Below the pieces are notes generated by a model. It did not search any database, was not told the DNA's origin, and was given only the letters and a program-made list of their open reading frames with translations. Made by a program: the position numbers and the translations under genes. From Gemmatimonadota bacterium (GTDB lineage: Bacteria > Gemmatimonadota > Gemmatimonadetes > Gemmatimonadales > GWC2-71-9), in NCBI GenBank assembly GCA_039588295.1, contig JBDHAB010000041.1, positions 1-25,726 on the forward strand: a stretch of 25,726 nt of DNA, read 5' to 3'. Shown in pieces: positions 22,814 to 25,726 of the stretch. The stretch's first letter is position 1. Each line of letters starts with the position of its first letter.

Positions 22814-25069
22814 ATGACCGACTTTGTTGAACGCCTGCGGACCGCCCTGCGCGGTCGCTACTCGATCGAGCGCACACTCGGTGAGGGCGGGATGGCCGTC
22901 GTCTTTCTCGCGAAGGATGAGCGGCATGACCGGAGCGTCGCACTCAAGGTGCTCCGGCCAGACCTGGCTTCCGAGATCGGCGCCGAGCGTTTCCTCCGCG
23001 AGATCAAGATCGCGGCCAAGCTGACCCACCCACATGTTCTCCCGCTCTACGACTCCGGCGAGGCTGACGGTTTCCTGTTCTACGTGATGCCCACCATGGA
23101 AGGACGCTCGTTGCGGGAGCGCGTCGATCAGGAACGGCAGCTTTCGCTGGATGAAGCACTGCGCGTCACGCAGGAGGTCGCGTCGGCCCTCGACTACGCG
23201 CATCGCCAGGGTGTCGTGCACCGGGACATCAAGCCGGAGAACATCTTGCTCCACGAAGGCGCCGCCATGGTGGCCGACTTCGGGATCGGAAAGGCGGTGA
23301 GCGCGGCCGAGGGCAACATCACACAGACCGGTATGGCAATCGGCACGCCCGCGTACATGAGTCCGGAGCAGGCATCTGCGGAGTACGAGGTGGACGGCCG
23401 CAGCGATCTCTACAGCCTCGGGTGCGTCCTGTACGAGATGCTGACGGGTGAGCCGCCATACACCGGACCCACCGCGCAGGCGGTGATCGCCAAGCGGTTC
23501 AGCGCGCCGGTTCCCCACGTCAACGTGGTTCGTGACGTCTCCGATCCGGTGGATATGGTGGTCACTCGGGCGCTCGCTCGCTCGCCGGTCGACCGGTTTG
23601 CCTCAGCGGCGGAGTTCGCCGCGGCGCTGAGGGATGCACAGAGCGGAACGTTGAGCACTCCGGAAGGTGTCCCAGCTGTCGAGACGACTGCGAGCGACAT
23701 CAAGTCCATTGCGGTGCTGCCGTTCGCCAACATGAGCGCGGATCCCGAAAACGAGTACTTCAGCGACGGCATGACCGAGGAGATCATCAACGTGCTCGGC
23801 AAGGTGCCCGGCATCCAGGTTGCGTCACGCACGTCGAGTTTCGCCTTCAAGGGCAAAGAGATCGACGTGCGACAGATCGGAGAGAAGCTGGGCGTCGGGA
23901 CCGTGCTCGAGGGAAGCGTGCGCAAGGTGGGTCAGCGGATCCGCATCACCACGCAGCTCACCGACGTCACCAACGGCTACAACCTCTGGAACGAGACCTA
24001 CGATCGGCAACTCGAAGACGTCTTCGCCATCCAGGACGAGATCTCCCGAGCGATCGCGGACGCCCTCAAGGTCAAACTCGTCGGCGATTCGGAGACGCGA
24101 ATGGTGCCCGCGACGGAGAACCTCGAGGCATACAACCTCTATTTGAAAGGACGCTTCTTCTACAACAAGTTCACGGAGGCCGATCTCCAGCGGGGCATCG
24201 AGCTGTTCGAGCAGGCCTTGGAACAGGCCCCCACGTATGCTCGTGCCCACGCCGGTATCGCAGATTGCTGGTCCTATCTTGCCGACGATTGGGTGGCCCC
24301 CGACGAGGCCTACCCCAAGGCGAAGGCGTCGGCGATGCGCGCGCTCGACCTCGAGCCGTCCCTCGGAGACGCGTTCACCGCGCTGGGAAAGGTGCTGTGC
24401 TGGTACGAGTGGGATTTCGCGGGCGCCGAGCGCGAGCTCAGACGTGCGGTGAACCTCAACCCGAACTCGGCGGAAGCACGCTTTGTCTTCGGCAGCGCGC
24501 TGCCCTGCGTCGGCAAGCTCGAGAGGGGACTCGAGGAGCTGCGGCAGGCGCTCGTGCTCGATCCGCTCGCCCCGCTGTTCAGTCGGTGGGTGAGCCGCTA
24601 CTTGCTCTTCTCGGGTGACTACGACGGCACGATCGAGCAGAGCCAGAAGACGTTGGAGCTGGACCCGAACTACTTCCACGCGTTCCTCGATACCGGCTCC
24701 GCCTACCTCGGCAAGGGCGCTCCCGAACGAGCGCTCGAGTGGTACCGGAAGGGCCAGTCACTCCCGTCCAGTGTCCGCTCGTATGACGCGCACCTCATCC
24801 GTGCACTTGCGGCCATGGGCCAGCAGGAAGAAGCACAAGCGATCCTCGAGCGGCTCGAACGAGAGGCTCACGAGCACTACCTCAGATCAGAAGTGCTCGC
24901 CATGGGCTATGCGGCGGTAGGAGATTTCGACGGGGCATTCGCCAGCCTCGAGCATGCTGTCCGGGCGCGCTCGGCTGGGCTCATCTTCGTCCATCTGGAT
25001 CCTGGCTACGCGCCGCTGCGGGCAGACGCGCGGTTCGCAGGGATCGTCGAGCAGGTGGGGGTGAAGTAG
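22814..25069 (+). CDS. Hanks-type Ser/Thr protein kinase with TolB-like domain and TPR repeats, about 751 aa
   Basis: LGEGGMAVV, VALK, HRDIKPEN, DFG, GTPAYMSPEQ, DLYSLG; then SIAVLPFANMS...YFSDGMTEE and multiple TPR-like helical repeats; no TM segment. Confidence 0.96.
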   Translation: MTDFVERLRTALRGRYSIERTLGEGGMAVVFLAKDERHDRSVALKVLRPDLASEIGAERFLREIKIAAKLTHPHVLPLYDSGEADGFLFYVMPTMEGRSLRERVDQERQLSLDEALRVTQEVASALDYAHRQGVVHRDIKPENILLHEGAAMVADFGIGKAVSAAEGNITQTGMAIGTPAYMSPEQASAEYEVDGRSDLYSLGCVLYEMLTGEPPYTGPTAQAVIAKRFSAPVPHVNVVRDVSDPVDMVVTRALARSPVDRFASAAEFAAALRDAQSGTLSTPEGVPAVETTASDIKSIAVLPFANMSADPENEYFSDGMTEEIINVLGKVPGIQVASRTSSFAFKGKEIDVRQIGEKLGVGTVLEGSVRKVGQRIRITTQLTDVTNGYNLWNETYDRQLEDVFAIQDEISRAIADALKVKLVGDSETRMVPATENLEAYNLYLKGRFFYNKFTEADLQRGIELFEQALEQAPTYARAHAGIADCWSYLADDWVAPDEAYPKAKASAMRALDLEPSLGDAFTALGKVLCWYEWDFAGAERELRRAVNLNPNSAEARFVFGSALPCVGKLERGLEELRQALVLDPLAPLFSRWVSRYLLFSGDYDGTIEQSQKTLELDPNYFHAFLDTGSAYLGKGAPERALEWYRKGQSLPSSVRSYDAHLIRALAAMGQQEEAQAILERLEREAHEHYLRSEVLAMGYAAVGDFDGAFASLEHAVRARSAGLIFVHLDPGYAPLRADARFAGIVEQVGVK

Positions 25070-25092
25070 AGACCGGATTTCCTGTAGGCGAC

Positions 25093-25119
25093 CGCACGGC
25101 GGCTTGGGGCCGCCGTGCG
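25093..25119. terminator. 11-bp perfect hairpin between convergent genes (terminator or REP-like palindrome)
   Basis: CGCACGGCGGC-TTGGG-GCCGCCGTGCG, imperfectly extendable to 25082-25129. Confidence 0.6.
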
Positions 25120-25162
25120 ATCGTAACAGACCAGTGAGGACGTGTTCGGGAAGTAACCCGCC

Positions 25163-25726
25163 TTACTGCACGACGATCGGCTCGACCGTGCGGCGGAGCT
25201 TGAGCTTGAGCCGCGAACCCGAGAGCCCCCCAGCGATGCTCACCTCGTTGTACCGAGTGATCCGTATCCTCTCATCGGCCCGCGCCCGGACGTCAGACGC
25301 CGGAATCGTGTGGGTTCCCGAGTCCAACGCATCCTGGGCCTCGTACTCTCTGGAGTCCACATCCGCGCGGAACGCTTCCGCGGGGCGGCTCCAGGTCACT
25401 ACCAGGGCCAGATTCGCCGGGACCGCCTCGGTCGTGGTCGGGCTCTCAATGGTATGCACCCCGATCCCGCCGACGACGACGTCCTCGACTCTGTCGGCGC
25501 CAGCCACCACGTTGAGTCGGTAGTCGCCGGACGCAAAGCCATTCACCGACGCGGTGTACTCGCCCGTTCCTACGCCGGTTTCAAACAGCGTCGTCGTGCC
25601 CAGCGAGCCGTTCTGGATCGTCACCGTCGCTCCGGACACCGGAGCGCCCTGCGCATCGCGGAGCTGCACGTCCATGTCGGTCGCGAGGCCGCCGGGGATG
25701 TCTTGGCCATCGATGTCGGCGATGAC
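25163..25726 (-). CDS. Partial (5'-truncated) hypothetical protein, probably exported, beta-sandwich (carboxypeptidase-regulatory/DUF4249-like)
   Basis: Frame is open to the window edge (VIADIDGQDIPGGLATDMDVQLRD...); G-PVSGATVTI and GDYRLNVV patterns. Confidence 0.75.
   Translation of the reverse strand, partial: VIADIDGQDIPGGLATDMDVQLRDAQGAPVSGATVTIQNGSLGTTTLFETGVGTGEYTASVNGFASGDYRLNVVAGADRVEDVVVGGIGVHTIESPTTTEAVPANLALVVTWSRPAEAFRADVDSREYEAQDALDSGTHTIPASDVRARADERIRITRYNEVSIAGGLSGSRLKLKLRRTVEPIVVQ

Noticed and set aside
22814..25069. Kinase-TPR protein as an anti-phage defence component
   Set aside because: The architecture belongs to a widely expanded signalling family in these bacteria and has no defence-gene neighbours here.

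Overview
GC-rich bacterial chromosomal window, most likely Gemmatimonadota (inferred from the Ser/Thr kinase-TolB-like-TPR protein, the M16 pair and the Zn-ribbon protein). It holds about 17 complete CDS and 1-2 partial CDS at the edges. I found no rRNA, tRNA, CRISPR array, integrase or transposase. The left 18.5 kb is dense in envelope peptidases: a long HtpX-like M48, a two-gene M16 pair, a fused M16 lipoprotein, a class C beta-lactamase/S12-like hydrolase and an S41 peptidase. Among these sit a Cys-rich secreted protein with thrombospondin-3-like repeats, a DEAD-box RNA helicase, a spondin-domain lipoprotein/OmpR regulator/histidine kinase module and an exported NTF2-like protein. The right part has a minus-strand run (Zn-ribbon protein, adenine deaminase, DUF2177, ANKH/MATE-like transporter) and a divergent Ser/Thr kinase. 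The best non-coding signals are: (1) a near-consensus CIRCE (HrcA) operator before the M48 gene, which is also bracketed by a perfect 13-bp direct repeat; (2) three 11-bp-phased TWAGAK repeats, typical of an OmpR-family box, before the spondin-two-component module; (3) an anti-Shine-Dalgarno structure in the helicase leader; (4) heptamer tandem arrays directly after two stop codons. All family calls come from motif recognition by eye; no searches were run.
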